Source: Eledone cirrhosa
Taxonomy: Eukaryota
DNA: 64,000 nucleotides
Assembly (NCBI GenBank): GCA_964016885.1
Contig: OZ024762.1
Coordinates: 30,442,001 to 30,506,000, forward strand
Direction: 5' to 3'
Shown: positions 27,630-41,408 of the stretch, one piece after another
How the letters are laid out: each line of letters opens with the position of its first letter
How positions within the stretch are numbered: position 1 is the stretch's first letter
Translations under genes and position numbers: made by a program
Notes under the pieces: generated by a model
The model's database searches: none
Told to the model about the DNA's origin: nothing
Seen by the model: only the letters and a program-made list of their open reading frames with translations

Positions 27630-30600
27630 CATGGTATTAGCTGTCAGAAGGAACTCCAATATTGGTGAGAATTCATTTAAGTTCATGGTATTAGCTGTCA
27701 GAAGGAAAGCCACTGTTGGTGAGAATTCATTTAAGTCATGGTATTAGCAGTCAGAAGTAACTCCATTGTTGGTGAGAATTCATTTAAGTCGTGGTACTAG
27801 CTGTCAGAAGTAACTCCACTGTTGGTGAGAATTCATTTAAGTTCATGGTATTAGCTGTCAGAAGGAACTCCACTGTTGGTGAGAATTCATTTAAGTTCAT
27901 GGTATTAGCTGTCAGAAGTAACTCCACTGTTGGTGAGAATTCATTTAAGTTCATGGTACTAGCTGTCAGAAGTAACTCCACTGTTGGTGAGAATTCATTT
28001 AAGTTCATGGTACTAGCTGTCAGAAGGAACGCCACTGTTGGTGAGAATTCATTTAAGTCATGGTATTAGCTGTCAGAAGTAACTCCATTGTTGGTGGGCA
28101 TTCATTTAAGTCATGGTACTAGCTGTCAGAAGTAACTCCACTGTTGGTGAGAATTCATTTAAGTTCATGGTATTAGCTGTCAGAAGGAACTCCACTGTTG
28201 GTGAGAATTCATTTAAGTTCATGGTATTAGCTGTCAGAAGTAACTCCACTGTTGGTGAGAATTCATTTAAGTTCATGGTACTAGCTGTCAGAAGTAACTC
28301 CACTGTTGGTGAGAATTCATTTAAGTTCATGGTACTAGCTGTCAGAAGGAACTCCACTGTTGGTGAGAATTCATTTAAGTTCATGGTATTAGCTGTCAGA
28401 AGTAACTCCACTGTTGGTGAGAATTCATATAAGTTCATGGTATTAGCTGTCAGAAGTAACTCCACTGTTGGTGAGAATTCATTTAAGTTCATGGTACTAG
28501 CTGTCAGAAGTAACTCCACTGTTGGTGAGAATTCATTTAAGTTCATGGTACTAGCTGTCAGAAGTAACTCCACTGTTGGTGAGAATTCATTTAAGTTCAT
28601 GGTACTAGCCGTCAGAAGTAACTCCAATGTTGGTGAGAATTCAGTTAAGTTCATGGTATTAGTTGTCAGAAGTAACTCCACTGTTGGTGAGAATTCGTTT
28701 AAGTCATGGTATTAGCTGTCAGAAGTAACTCCATTGTTGGTGAGAATTCATTTAAGTTCATGGTACTAGCTGTCAGAAGTAACTCCACTGTTGGTGAGAA
28801 TTCATTTAAGTTCATGGTACTAGCTGTCAGAAGTAACTCCACTGTTGGTGAGAATTCATTTAAGTTCATGGTACTAGCCGTCAGAAGTAACTCCAATGTT
28901 GGTGAGAATTCAGTTAAGTTCATGGTATTAGCTGTCAGAAGTAACTCCACTGTTGGTGAGAATTCATTTAAGTTCATGGTACTAGCTGTCAGAAGTAACT
29001 CCACTGTTGGTGAGAATTCATTTAAGTTCATGGTACTAGCTGTCAGAAGTAACCCCAATGTTGGTGAGAATTCATTTACGTTCATGGTATTAGCTGTCAG
29101 AAGTCACTCCACTGTTGGTGAGAATTCATTTAAGTTCATGGTATTAGCTGTCAGAAGTAACTCCAATGTTGGTGAGAATTCATTTAAGTTCATGGTATTA
29201 GCTGTCAGAAGTAACTCCACTGTTGGTGAGAATTCATTTAAGTTCATGGTATTAGCTGTCAGAAGGAACTCCAATGTTGGTGAGAATTCATTTAAGTTCA
29301 TGGTATTAGCTGTCAGAAGGAACGCCACTGTTGGTGAGAATTCATTTAAGTCATGGTATTAGCTGTCAGAAGTAACTCCATTGTTGGTGGGCATTCATTT
29401 AAGTCATGGTACTAGCTGTCAGAAGTAACTCCACTGTTGGTGAGAATTCATTTAAGTTCATGGTATTAGCTGTCAGAAGGAACTCCACTGTTGGTGAGAA
29501 TTCATTTAAGTTCATGGTATTAGCTGTCAGAAGTAACTCCACTGTTGGTGAGAATTCATTTAAGTTCATGGTACTAGCTGTCAGAAGTAACTCCACTGTT
29601 GGTGAGAATTCATTTAAGTTCATGGTACTAGCTGTCAGAAGGAACTCCACTGTTGGTGAGAATTCATTTAAGTTCATGGTATTAGCTGTCAGAAGTAACT
29701 CCAATGTTGGTGAGAATTCATTTAAGTCATGGTACTAGCTGTCAGAAGTAACTCCACTGTTGGTGAGAATTCATTTAAGTTCATGGTATTAGCTGTCAGA
29801 AGGAACTCCACTGTTGGTGAGAATTCATTTAAGTTCATGGTATTAGCTGTCAGAAGTAACTCCACTGTTGGTGAGAATTCATTTAAGTTCACGGTACTAG
29901 CTGTCAGAAGTAACTCCAATGTTGGTGAGAATTCATATAAGTTCATGGTATTAGCTGTCAGAAGTAACTCCACTGTTGGTGAGAATTCATTTAAGTTCAT
30001 GGTACTAGCTGTCAGAAGTAACTCCACTGTTGGTGAGAATTCATTTAAGTTCACGGTACTAGCTGTCAGAAGTAACTCCAATGTTGGTGAGAATTCATAT
30101 AAGTTCATGGTATTAGCTGTCAGAAGTAATTCCACTGTTGGTGAGAATTCATTTAAGTTCATGGTACTAGCTGTCAGAAGTAACTCCACTGTTGGTGAGA
30201 ATTCATTTAAGTTCATGGTACTAGCTGTCAGAAGTAACTCCACTGTTGGTGAGAATTCATTTAAGTTCATGGTACTAGCCGTCAGAAGTAACTCCAATGT
30301 TGGTGAGAATTCAGTTAAGTTCATGGTATTAGTTGTCAGAAGTAACTCCACTGTTGGTGAGAATTCGTTTAAGTCATGGTATTAGCTGTCAGAAGTAACT
30401 CCATTGTTGGTGAGAATTCATTTAAGTTCATGGTACTAGCTGTCAGAAGTAACTCCACTGTTGGTGAGAATTCATTTAAGTTCATGGTACTAGCTGTCAG
30501 AAGTAACTCCACTGTTGGTGAGAATTCATTTAAGTTCATGGTACTAGCTGTCAGAAGTAACTCCACTGTTGGTGAGAATTCATTTAAGTTCATGGTACTA

Positions 30601-32890
30601 GCTGTCTGAAGTAGCTCCACTGTTGGTGAGAATTCATTTAAGTTCATGGTACTAGCTGTCAGAAGTAACTCCAATGTTGGTGAGAATTCATTTAGGTCAT
30701 GGTACTAGCTGTCAGAAGTAACTCCACTGTTGGTGAGAATTCATTTAAGTTCATGGTATTAGCTGTCAGAAGGAACTCCACTGTTGGTGAGAATTCATTT
30801 AAGTTCATGGTATTAGCTGTCAGAAGTAACTCCACTGTTGGTGAGAATTCATTTAAGTTCATGGTACTAGCTGTCAGAAGGAACTCCAATGTTGGTGAGA
30901 ATTCATTTAAGTTCATGGTATTAGCTGTCAGAAGTAACTCCACTGTTGGTGAGAATTCATTTAAGTTCATGGTACTAGCTGTCAGAAGTAACTCCACTGT
31001 TGGTGAGAATTCATTTAAGTTCATGGTACTAGCTGTCAGAAGTAACCCCAATGTTGGTGAGAATTTAATTACGTTCATGGTATTAGCTGTCAGAAGTCAC
31101 TCCACTGTTGCTGAGAATTCATTTAAGTTCATGGTATTAGCTGTCAGAAGTAACTCCACTGTTGGTGAGAATTCATATAAGTTCGTGGTATTAGCTGTCA
31201 GAAGTAACTCCACTGTTGGTGAGAATTCATTTAAGTTCATGGTACTAGCTGTCAGAAGTAACTCCACTGTTGGTGAGAATTCATTTAAGTTCATGGTACT
31301 AGCTGTCAGAAGTAACTCCACTGTTGGTGAGAATTCATTTAAGTTCATGGTACTAGCCGTCAGAAGTAACTCCAATGTTGGTGAGAATTCAGTTAAGTTC
31401 ATGGTATTAGTTGTCAGAAGTAACTCCACTGTTGGTGAGAATTCGTTTAAGTCATGGTATTAGCTGTCAGAAGTAACTCCATTGTTGGTGAGAATTCATT
31501 TAAGTTCATGGTACTAGCTGTCAGAAGTAACTCCACTGTTGGTGAGAATTCATTTAAGTTCATGGTACTAGCTGTCAGAAGTAACTCCACTGTTGGTGAG
31601 AATTCATTTAAGTTCATGGTACTAGCCGTCAGAAGTAACTCCAATGTTGGTGAGAATTCATTTAAGTTCATGGTATTAGCTGTCAGAAGTAACTCCACTG
31701 TTGGTGAGAATTCATTTAAGTTCATGGTACTAGCTGTCAGAAGTAACTCCACTGTTGGTGAGAATTCATTTAAGTTCATGGTACTAGCTGTCAGAAGTAA
31801 CCCCAATGTTGGTGAGAATTCATTTACGTTCATGGTATTAGCTGTCAGAAGTCACTCCACTGTTGGTGAGAATTCATTTAAGTTCATGGTATTAGCTGTC
31901 AGAAGTAACTCCAATGTTGGTGAGAATTCATTTAAGTTCATGGTATTAGCTGTCAGAAGTAACTCCACTGTTGGTGAGAATTCATTTAAGTTCATGGTAT
32001 TAGCTGTCAGAAGGAACTCCAATGTTGGTGAGAATTCATTTAAGTTCATGGTATTAGCTGTCAGAAGGAACGCCACTGTTGGTGAGAATTCATTTAAGTC
32101 ATGGTATTAGCTGTCAGAAGTAACTCCATTGTTGGTGGGCATTCATTTAAGTCATGGTACTAGCTGTCAGAAGTAACTCCACTGTTGGTGAGAATTCATT
32201 TAAGTTCATGGTATTAGCTGTCAGAAGGAACTCCACTGTTGGTGAGAATTCATTTAAGTTCATGGTATTAGCTGTCAGAAGTAACTCCACTGTTGGTGAG
32301 AATTCATTTAAGTTCATGGTACTAGCTGTCAGAAGTAACTCCACTGTTGGTGAGAATTCATTTAAGTTCATGGTACTAGCTGTCAGAAGGAACTCCACTG
32401 TTGGTGAGAATTCATTTAAGTTCATGGTATTAGCTGTCAGAAGTAACTCCAATGTTGGTGAGAATTCATTTAAGTCATGGTACTAGCTGTCAGAAGTGAC
32501 TCCACTGTTGGTGAGAATTCATTTAAGTTCATGGTATTAGCTGTCAGAAGGAACTCCACTGTTGGTGAGAATTCATTTAAGTTCATGGTATTAGCTGTCA
32601 GAAGTAACTCCACTGTTGGTGAGAATTCATTTAAGTTCACGGTACTAGCTGTCAGAAGTAACTCCAATGTTGGTGAGAATTCATATAAGTTCATGGTATT
32701 AGCTGTCAGAAGTAACTCCACTGTTGGTGAGAATTCATTTAAGTTCATGGTACTAGCTGTCAGAAGTAACTCCACTGTTGGTGAGAATTCATTTAAGTTC
32801 ACGGTACTAGCTGTCAGAAGTAACTCCAATGTTGGTGAGAATTCATATAAGTTCATGGTATTAGCTGTCAGAAGTAACTCCACTGTTGGT
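27630..32890. repeat. Approximately 5.3-kb duplicate of about 17290-22600 (offset 10341, then 10287 after loss of one monomer)
   Basis: Private markers aaggaaagcc, tagcagtc and gtcgtgg occur at about 17361-17450 and about 27702-27791. ORF pairs 17450/27791, 17772/28113, 18365/28706, 19065/29406, 19388/29729 and 20035/30376 are offset 10341. Pairs 21167/31454 and 21867/32154 are offset 10287. Confidence 0.9.
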
Positions 32891-35800
32891 GAGATTTCAT
32901 TTAAGTTCATGGTACTAGCTGTCAGAAGTAACTCCACTGTTGGTGAGAATTCATTTAAGTTCATGGTACTAGCTGTCAGAAGTAACCCCAATGTTGGTGA
33001 GAATTCATTTACGTTCATGGTATTAGCTGTCAGAAGTCACTCCACTGTTGGTGAGAATTCATTTAAGTTCATGGTATTAGCTGTCAGAAGTAACTCCAAT
33101 GTTGGTGAGAATTCATTTAAGTTCATGGTATTAGCTGTCAGAAGTAACTCCACTGTTGGTGAGAATTCATTTAAGTTCATGGTATTAGCTGTCAGAAGGA
33201 ACTCCAATGTTGGTGAGAATTCATTTAAGTTCATGGTATTAGCTGTCAGAAGGAACGCCACTGTTGGTGAGAATTCATTTAAGTCATGGTATTAGCTGTC
33301 AGAAGTAACTCCATTGTTGGTGGGCATTCATTTAAGTCATGGTACTAGCTGTCAGAAGTAACTCCACTGTTGGTGAGAATTCATTTAAGTTCATGGTATT
33401 AGCTGTCAGAAGGAACTCCACTGTTGGTGAGAATTCATTTAAGTTCATGGTATTAGCTGTCAGAAGTAACTCCACTGTTGGTGAGAATTCATTTAAGTTC
33501 ATGGTACTAGCTGTCAGAAGTAACTCCACTGTTGGTGAGAATTCATTTAAGTTCATGGTACTAGCTGTCAGAAGGAACTCCACTGTTGGTGAGAATTCAT
33601 TTAAGTTCATGGTATTAGCTGTCAGAAGTAACTCCAATGTTGGTGAGAATTCATTTAAGTCATGGTACTAGCTGTCAGAAGTAACTCCACTGTTGGTGAG
33701 AATTCATTTAAGTTCATGGTATTAGCTGTCAGAAGGAACTCCACTGTTGGTGAGAATTCATTTAAGTTCATGGTATTAGCTGTCAGAAGTAACTCCACTG
33801 TTGGTGAGAATTCATTTAAGTTCACGGTACTAGCTGTCAGAAGTAACTCCAATGTTGGTGAGAATTCATTTAAGTTCATGGTACTAGCTGTCAGAAGTAA
33901 CTCCACTGTTGGTGAGAATTCATTTAAGTTCACGGTACTAGCTGTCAGAAGTAACTCCAATGTTGGTGAGAATTCATATAAGTTCATGGTATTAGCTGTC
34001 AGAAGTAATTCCACTGTTGGTGAGAATTCATTTAAGTTCATGGTACTAGCTGTCAGAAGTAACTCCACTGTTGGTGAGAATTCATTTAAGTTCATGGTAC
34101 TAGCTGTCAGAAGTAACTCCACTGTTGGTGAGAATTCATTTAAGTTCATGGTACTAGCCGTCAGAAGTAACTCCAATGTTGGTGAGAATTCAGTTAAGTT
34201 CATGGTATTAGTTGTCAGAAGTAACTCCACTGTTGGTGAGAATTCGTTTAAGTCATGGTATTAGCTGTCAGAAGTAACTCCATTGTTGGTGAGAATTCAT
34301 TTAAGTTCATGGTACTAGCTGTCAGAAGTAACTCCACTGTTGGTGAGAATTCATTTAAGTTCATGGTACTAGCTGTCAGAAGTAACTCCACTGTTGGTGA
34401 GAATTCATTTAAGTTCATGGTACTAGCTGTCAGAAGTAACTCCACTGTTGGTGAGAATTCATTTAAGTTCATGGTACTAGCTGTCTGAAGTAGCTCCACT
34501 GTTGGTGAGAATTCATTTAAGTTCATGGTACTAGCTGTCAGAAGTAACTCCAATGTTGGTGAGAATTCATTTAGGTCATGGTACTAGCTGTCAGAAGTAA
34601 CTCCACTGTTGGTGAGAATTCATTTAAGTTCATGGTATTAGCTGTCAGAAGGAACTCCACTGTTGGTGAGAATTCATTTAAGTTCATGGTATTAGCTGTC
34701 AGAAGTAACTCCACTGTTGGTGAGAATTCATTTAAGTTCATGGTACTAGCTGTCAGAAGGAACTCCAATGTTGGTGAGAATTCATTTAAGTTCATGGTAT
34801 TAGCTGTCAGAAGTAACTCCACTGTTGGTGAGAATTCATTTAAGTTCATGGTACTAGCTGTCAGAAGTAACTCCACTGTTGGTGAGAATTCATTTAAGTT
34901 CATGGTACTAGCTGTCAGAAGTAACTCCACTGTTGGTGAGAATTCATTTAAGTTCATGGTACTAGCCGTCAGAAGTAACTCCAATGTTGGTGAGAATTCA
35001 GTTAAGTTCATGGTATTAGTTGTCAGAAGTAACTCCACTGTTGGTGAGAATTCGTTTAAGTCATGGTATTAGCTGTCAGAAGTAACTCCATTGTTGGTGA
35101 GAATTCATTTAAGTTCATGGTACTAGCTGTCAGAAGTAACTCCACTGTTGGTGAGAATTCATTTAAGTTCATGGTACTAGCTGTCAGAAGTAACTCCACT
35201 GTTGGTGAGAATTCATTTAAGTTCATGGTACTAGCCGTCAGAAGTAACTCCAATGTTGGTGAGAATTCATTTAAGTTCATGGTATTAGCTGTCAGAAGTA
35301 ACTCCACTGTTGGTGAGAATTCATTTAAGTTCATGGTACTAGCTGTCAGAAGTAACTCCACTGTTGGTGAGAATTCATTTAAGTTCATGGTACTAGCTAT
35401 CAGAAGTAACCCCAATGTTGGTGAGAATTCATTTACGTTCATGGTATTAGCTGTCAGAAGTCACTCCACTGTTGGTGAGAATTCATTTAAGTTCATGGTA
35501 TTAGCTGTCAGAAGTAACTCCAATGTTGGTGAGAATTCATTTAAGTTCATGGTATTAGCTGTCAGAAGTAACTCCACTGTTGGTGAGAATTCATTTAAGT
35601 TCATGGTATTAGCTGTCAGAAGGAACTCCAATGTTGGTGAGAATTCATTTAAGTTCATGGTATTAGCTGTCAGAAGGAACGCCACTGTTGGTGAGAATTC
35701 ATTTAAGTCATGGTATTAGCTGTCAGAAGTAACTCCATTGTTGGTGGGCATTCATTTAAGTCATGGTACTAGCTGTCAGAAGTAACTCCACTGTTGGTGA

Positions 35801-37102
35801 GAATTCATTTAAGTTCATGGTATTAGCTGTCAGAAGGAACTCCACTGTTGGTGAGAATTCATTTAAGTTCATGGTATTAGCTGTCAGAAGTAACTCCACT
35901 GTTGGTGAGAATTCATTTAAGTTCATGGTACTAGCTGTCAGAAGTAACTCCACTGTTGGTGAGAATTCATTTAAGTTCATGGTACTAGCTGTCAGAAGGA
36001 ACTCCACTGTTGGTGAGAATTCATTTAAGTTCATGGTATTAGCTGTCAGAAGTAACTCCAATGTTGGTGAGAATTCATTTAAGTCATGGTACTAGCTGTC
36101 AGAAGTAACTCCACTGTTGGTGAGAATTCATTTAAGTTCATGGTATTAGCTGTCAGAAGGAACTCCACTGTTGGTGAGAATTCATTTAAGTTCATGGTAT
36201 TAGCTGTCAGAAGTAACTCCACTGTTGGTGAGAATTCATTTAAGTTCACGGTACTAGCTGTCAGAAGTAACTCCAATGTTGGTGAGAATTCATATAAGTT
36301 CATGGTATTAGCTGTCAGAAGTAACTCCACTGTTGGTGAGAATTCATTTAAGTTCATGGTACTAGCTGTCAGAAGTAACTCCACTGTTGGTGAGAATTCA
36401 TTTAAGTTCACGGTACTAGCTGTCAGAAGTAACTCCAATGTTGGTGAGAATTCATATAAGTTCATGGTATTAGCTGTCAGAAGTAACTCCACTGTTGGTG
36501 AGAATTCATTTAAGTTCATGGTACTAGCTGTCAGAAGTAACTCCACTGTTGGTGAGAATTCATTTAAGTTCATGGTACTAGCTGTCAGAAGTAACTCCAC
36601 TGTTGGTGAGAATTCATTTAAGTTCATGGTACTAGCCGTCAGAAGTAACTCCAATGTTGGTGAGAATTCAGTTAAGTTCATGGTATTAGTTGTCAGAAGT
36701 AACTCCACTGTTGGTGAGAATTCGTTTAAGTCATGGTATTAGCTGTCAGAAGTAACTCCATTGTTGCTGAGAATTCATTTAAGTTCATGGTACTAGCTGT
36801 CAGAAGTAACTCCACTGTTGGTGAGAATTCATTTAAGTTCATGGTACTAGCTGTCAGAAGTAACTCCACTGTTGGTGAGAATTCATTTAAGTTCATGGTA
36901 CTAGCTGTCAGAAGTAACTCCACTGTTGGTGAGAATTCATTTAAGTTCATGGTACTAGCTGTCAGAAGTAACTCCACTGTTGGTGAGAATTCATTTAAGT
37001 TCATGGTACTAGCTGTCTGCAGTAACTCCACTGTTGGTGAGAATTCATTTAAGTTCATGGTACTAGCTGTCAGAAGTAACTCCAATGTTGGTGAGAATTC
37101 AT

Positions 37103-40100
37103 TTAGGTCATGGTACTAGCTGTCAGAAGTAACTCCACTGTTGGTGAGAATTCATTTAAGTTCATGGTATTAGCTGTCAGAAGGAACTCCACTGTTGGTG
37201 AGAATTCATTTAAGTTCATGGTATTAGCTGTCAGAAGTAACTCCACTGTTGGGGAGAATTCATTTAAGTTCATGGTACTAGCTGTCAGAAGGAACTCCAA
37301 TGTTGGTGAGAATTCATTTAAGTTCATGGTATTAGCTGTCAGAAGTAACTCCACTGTTGGTGAGAATTCATTTAAGTTCATGGTATTAGCTGTCAGAAGT
37401 AACTCCACTGTTGGTGAGAATTCATTTAAGTTCATGGTACTAGCTGTCAGAAGTAACTCCACTGTTGGTGAGAATTCATTTAAGTTCATGGTACTAGCCG
37501 TCAGAAGTAACCCCAATGTTGGTGAGAATTCATTTACGTTCATGGTATTAGCTGTCAGAAGTCACTCCACTGTTGGTGAGAATTCATTTAAGTTCATGGT
37601 ATTAGCTGTCAGAAGTAACTCCAATGTTGGTGAGAATTCATTTAAGTTCATGGTATTAGCTGTCAGAAGGAACGCCACTGTTGGTGAGAATTCATTTAAG
37701 TCATGGTATTAGCTGTCAGAAGTAACTCCATTGTTGGTGGGCATTCATTTAAGTCATGGTACTAGCTGTCAGAAGTAACTCCACTGTTGGTGAGAATTCA
37801 TTTAAGTTCATGGTATTAGCTGTCAGAAGGAACTCCACTGTTGGTGAGAATTCATTTAGTTCATGGTATTAGCTGTCAGAAGTAACTCCACTGTTGGTGA
37901 GAATTCATTTAAGTTCATGGTACTAGCTGTCAGAAGTAACTCCACTGTTGGTGAGAATTCATTTAAGTTCATGGTACTAGCTGTCAGAAGGAACTCCACT
38001 GTTGGTGAGAATTCATTTAAGTTCATGGTATTAGCTGTCAGAAGTAACTCCACTGTTGGTGAGAATTCATATAAGTTCATGGTATTAGCTGTCAGAAGTA
38101 ACTCCACTGTTGGTGAGAATTCATTTAAGTTCATGGTACTAGCTGTCAGAAGTAACTCCACTGTTGGTGAGAATTCATTTAAGTTCATGGTACTAGCTGT
38201 CAGAAGTAACTCCACTGTTGGTGAGAATTCATTTAAGTTCATGGTACTAGCCGTCAGAAGTAACTCCAATGTTGGTGAGAATTCAGTTAAGTTCATGGTA
38301 TTAGTTGTCAGAAGTAACTCCACTGTTGGTGAGAATTCGTTTAAGTCATGGTATTAGCTGTCAGAAGTAACTCCATTGTTGGTGAGAATTCATTTAAGTT
38401 CATGGTACTAGCTGTCAGAAGTAACTCCACTGTTGGTGAGAATTCATTTAAGTTCATGGTACTAGCTGTCAGAAGTAACTCCACTGTTGGTGAGAATTCA
38501 TTTAAGTTCATGGTACTAGCCGTCAGAAGTAACTCCAATGTTGGTGAGAATTCAGTTAAGTTCATGGTATTAGCTGTCAGAAGTAACTCCACTGTTGGTG
38601 AGAATTCATTTAAGTTCATGGTACTAGCTGTCAGAAGTAACTCCACTGTTGGTGAGAATTCATTTAAGTTCATGGTACTAGCTGTCAGAAGTAACCCCAA
38701 TGTTGGTGAGAATTCATTTACGTTCATGGTATTAGCTGTCAGAAGTCACTCCACTGTTGGTGAGAATTCATTTAAGTTCATGGTATTAGCTGTCAGAAGT
38801 AACTCCAATGTTGGTGAGAATTCATTTAAGTTCATGGTATTAGCTGTCAGAAGTAACTCCACTGTTGGTGAGAATTCATTTAAGTTCATGGTATTAGCTG
38901 TCAGAAGGAACTCCAATGTTGGTGAGAATTCATTTAAGTTCATGGTATTAGCTGTCAGAAGGAACGCCACTGTTGGTGAGAATTCATTTAAGTCATGGTA
39001 TTAGCTGTCAGAAGTAACTCCATTGTTGGTGGGCATTCATTTAAGTCATGGTCCTAGCTGTCAGAAGTAACTCCACTGTTGGTGAGAATTCATTTAAGTT
39101 CATGGTATTAGCTGTCAGAAGGAACTCCACTGTTGGTGAGAATTCATTTAAGTTCATGGTATTAGCTGTCAGAAGTAACTCCACTGTTGGTGAGAATTCA
39201 TTTAAGTTCATGGTACTAGCTGTCAGAAGTAACTCCACTGTTGGTGAGAATTCATTTAGGTCATGGTACTAGCTGTCAGAAGTAACTCCACTGTTGGTGA
39301 GAATTCATTTAAGTTCATGGTATTAGCTGTCAGAAGGAACTCCACTGTTGGTGAGAATTCATTTAAGTTCATGGTATTAGCTGTCAGAAGTAACTCCACT
39401 GTTGGGGAGAATTCATTTAAGTTCATGGTACTAGCTGTCAGAAGGAACTCCAATGTTGGTGAGAATTCATTTAAGTTCATGGTATTAGCTGTCAGAAGTA
39501 ACTCCACTGTTGGTGAGAATTCATTTAAGTTCATGGTATTAGCTGTCAGAAGTAACTCCACTGTTGGTGAGAATTCATTTAAGTTCATGGTACTAGCTGT
39601 CAGAAGTAACTCCACTGTTGGTGAGAATTCATTTAAGTTCATGGTACTAGCCGTCAGAAGTAACCCCAATGTTGGTGAGAATTCATTTACGTTCATGGTA
39701 TTAGCTGTCAGAAGTCACTCCACTGTTGGTGAGAATTCATTTAAGTTCATGGTATTAGCTGTCAGAAGTAACTCCAATGTTGGTGAGAATTCATTTAAGT
39801 TCATGGTATTAGCTGTCAGAAGGAACGCCACTGTTGGTGAGAATTCATTTAAGTCATGGTATTAGCTGTCAGAAGTAACTCCATTGTTGGTGGGCATTCA
39901 TTTAAGTCATGGTACTAGCTGTCAGAAGTAAATCCACTGTTGGTGAGAATTCATTTAAGTTCATGGTATTAGCTGTCAGAAGGAACTCCACTGTTGGTGA
40001 GAATTCATTTAGTTCATGGTATTAGCTGTCAGAAGTAACTCCACTGTTGGTGAGAATTCATTTAAGTTCATGGTACTAGCTGTCAGAAGTAACTCCACTG

Positions 40101-41408
40101 TTGGTGAGAATTCATTTAAGTTCATGGTACTAGCTGTCAGAAGGAACTCCACTGTTGGTGAGAATTCATTTAAGTTCATGGTATTAGCTGTCAGAAGTAA
40201 CTCCACTGTTGGTGAGAATTCATATAAGTTCATGGTATTAGCTGTCAGAAGTAACTCCACTGTTGGTGAGAATTCATTTAAGTTCATGGTACTAGCTGTC
40301 AGAAGTAACTCCACTGTTGGTGAGAATTCATTTAAGTTCATGGTACTAGCTGTCAGAAGTAACTCCACTGTTGGTGAGAATTCATTTAAGTTCATGGTAC
40401 TAGCCGTCAGAAGTAACTCCAATGTTGGTGAGAATTCAGTTAAGTTCATGGTATTAGTTGTCAGAAGTAACTCCACTGTTGGTGAGAATTCGTTTAAGTC
40501 ATGGTATTAGCTGTCAGAAGTAACTCCATTGTTGGTGAGAATTCATTTAAGTTCATGGTACTAGCTGTCAGAAGTAACTCCACTGTTGGTGAGAATTCAT
40601 TTAAGTTCATGGTACTAGCTGTCAGAAGTAACTCCACTGTTGGTGAGAATTCATTTAAGTTCATGGTACTAGCCGTCAGAAGTAACTCCAATGTTGGTGA
40701 GAATTCAGTTAAGTTCATGGTATTAGCTGTCAGAAGTAACTCCACTGTTGGTGAGAATTCATTTAAGTTCATGGTACTAGCTGTCAGAAGTAACTCCACT
40801 GTTGGTGAGAATTCATTTAAGTTCATGGTACTAGCTGTCAGAAGTAACCCCAATGTTGGTGAGAATTCATTTACGTTCATGGTATTAGCTGTCAGAAGTC
40901 ACTCCACTGTTGGTGAGAATTCATTTAAGTTCATGGTATTAGCTGTCAGAAGTAACTCCAATGTTGGTGAGAATTCATTTAAGTTCATGGTATTAGCTGT
41001 CAGAAGTAACTCCACTGTTGGTGAGAATTCATTTAAGTTCATGGTATTAGCTGTCAGAAGGAACTCCAATGTTGGTGAGAATTCATTTAAGTTCATGGTA
41101 TTAGCTGTCAGAAGGAACGCCACTGTTGGTGAGAATTCATTTAAGTCATGGTATTAGCTGTCAGAAGTAACTCCATTGTTGGTGGGCATTCATTTAAGTC
41201 ATGGTCCTAGCTGTCAGAAGTAACTCCACTGTTGGTGAGAATTCATTTAAGTTCATGGTATTAGCTGTCAGAAGGAACTCCACTGTTGGTGAGAATTCAT
41301 TTAAGTTCATGGTATTAGCTGTCAGAAGTAACTCCACTGTTGGTGAGAATTCATTTAAGTTCATGGTACTAGCTGTCAGAAGTAACTCCACTGTTGGTGA
41401 GAATTCAT
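37103..41408. repeat. 40-monomer (2153-bp) near-perfect tandem duplication
   Basis: ORF pairs 37110/39263, 37863/40016, 38348/40501 and 39048/41201 are offset by 2153 (=40x54-7). The private A-deletion tttagttc is at about 37856 and 40009, and ggtcctag is at about 39050 and 41203. Confidence 0.92.
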
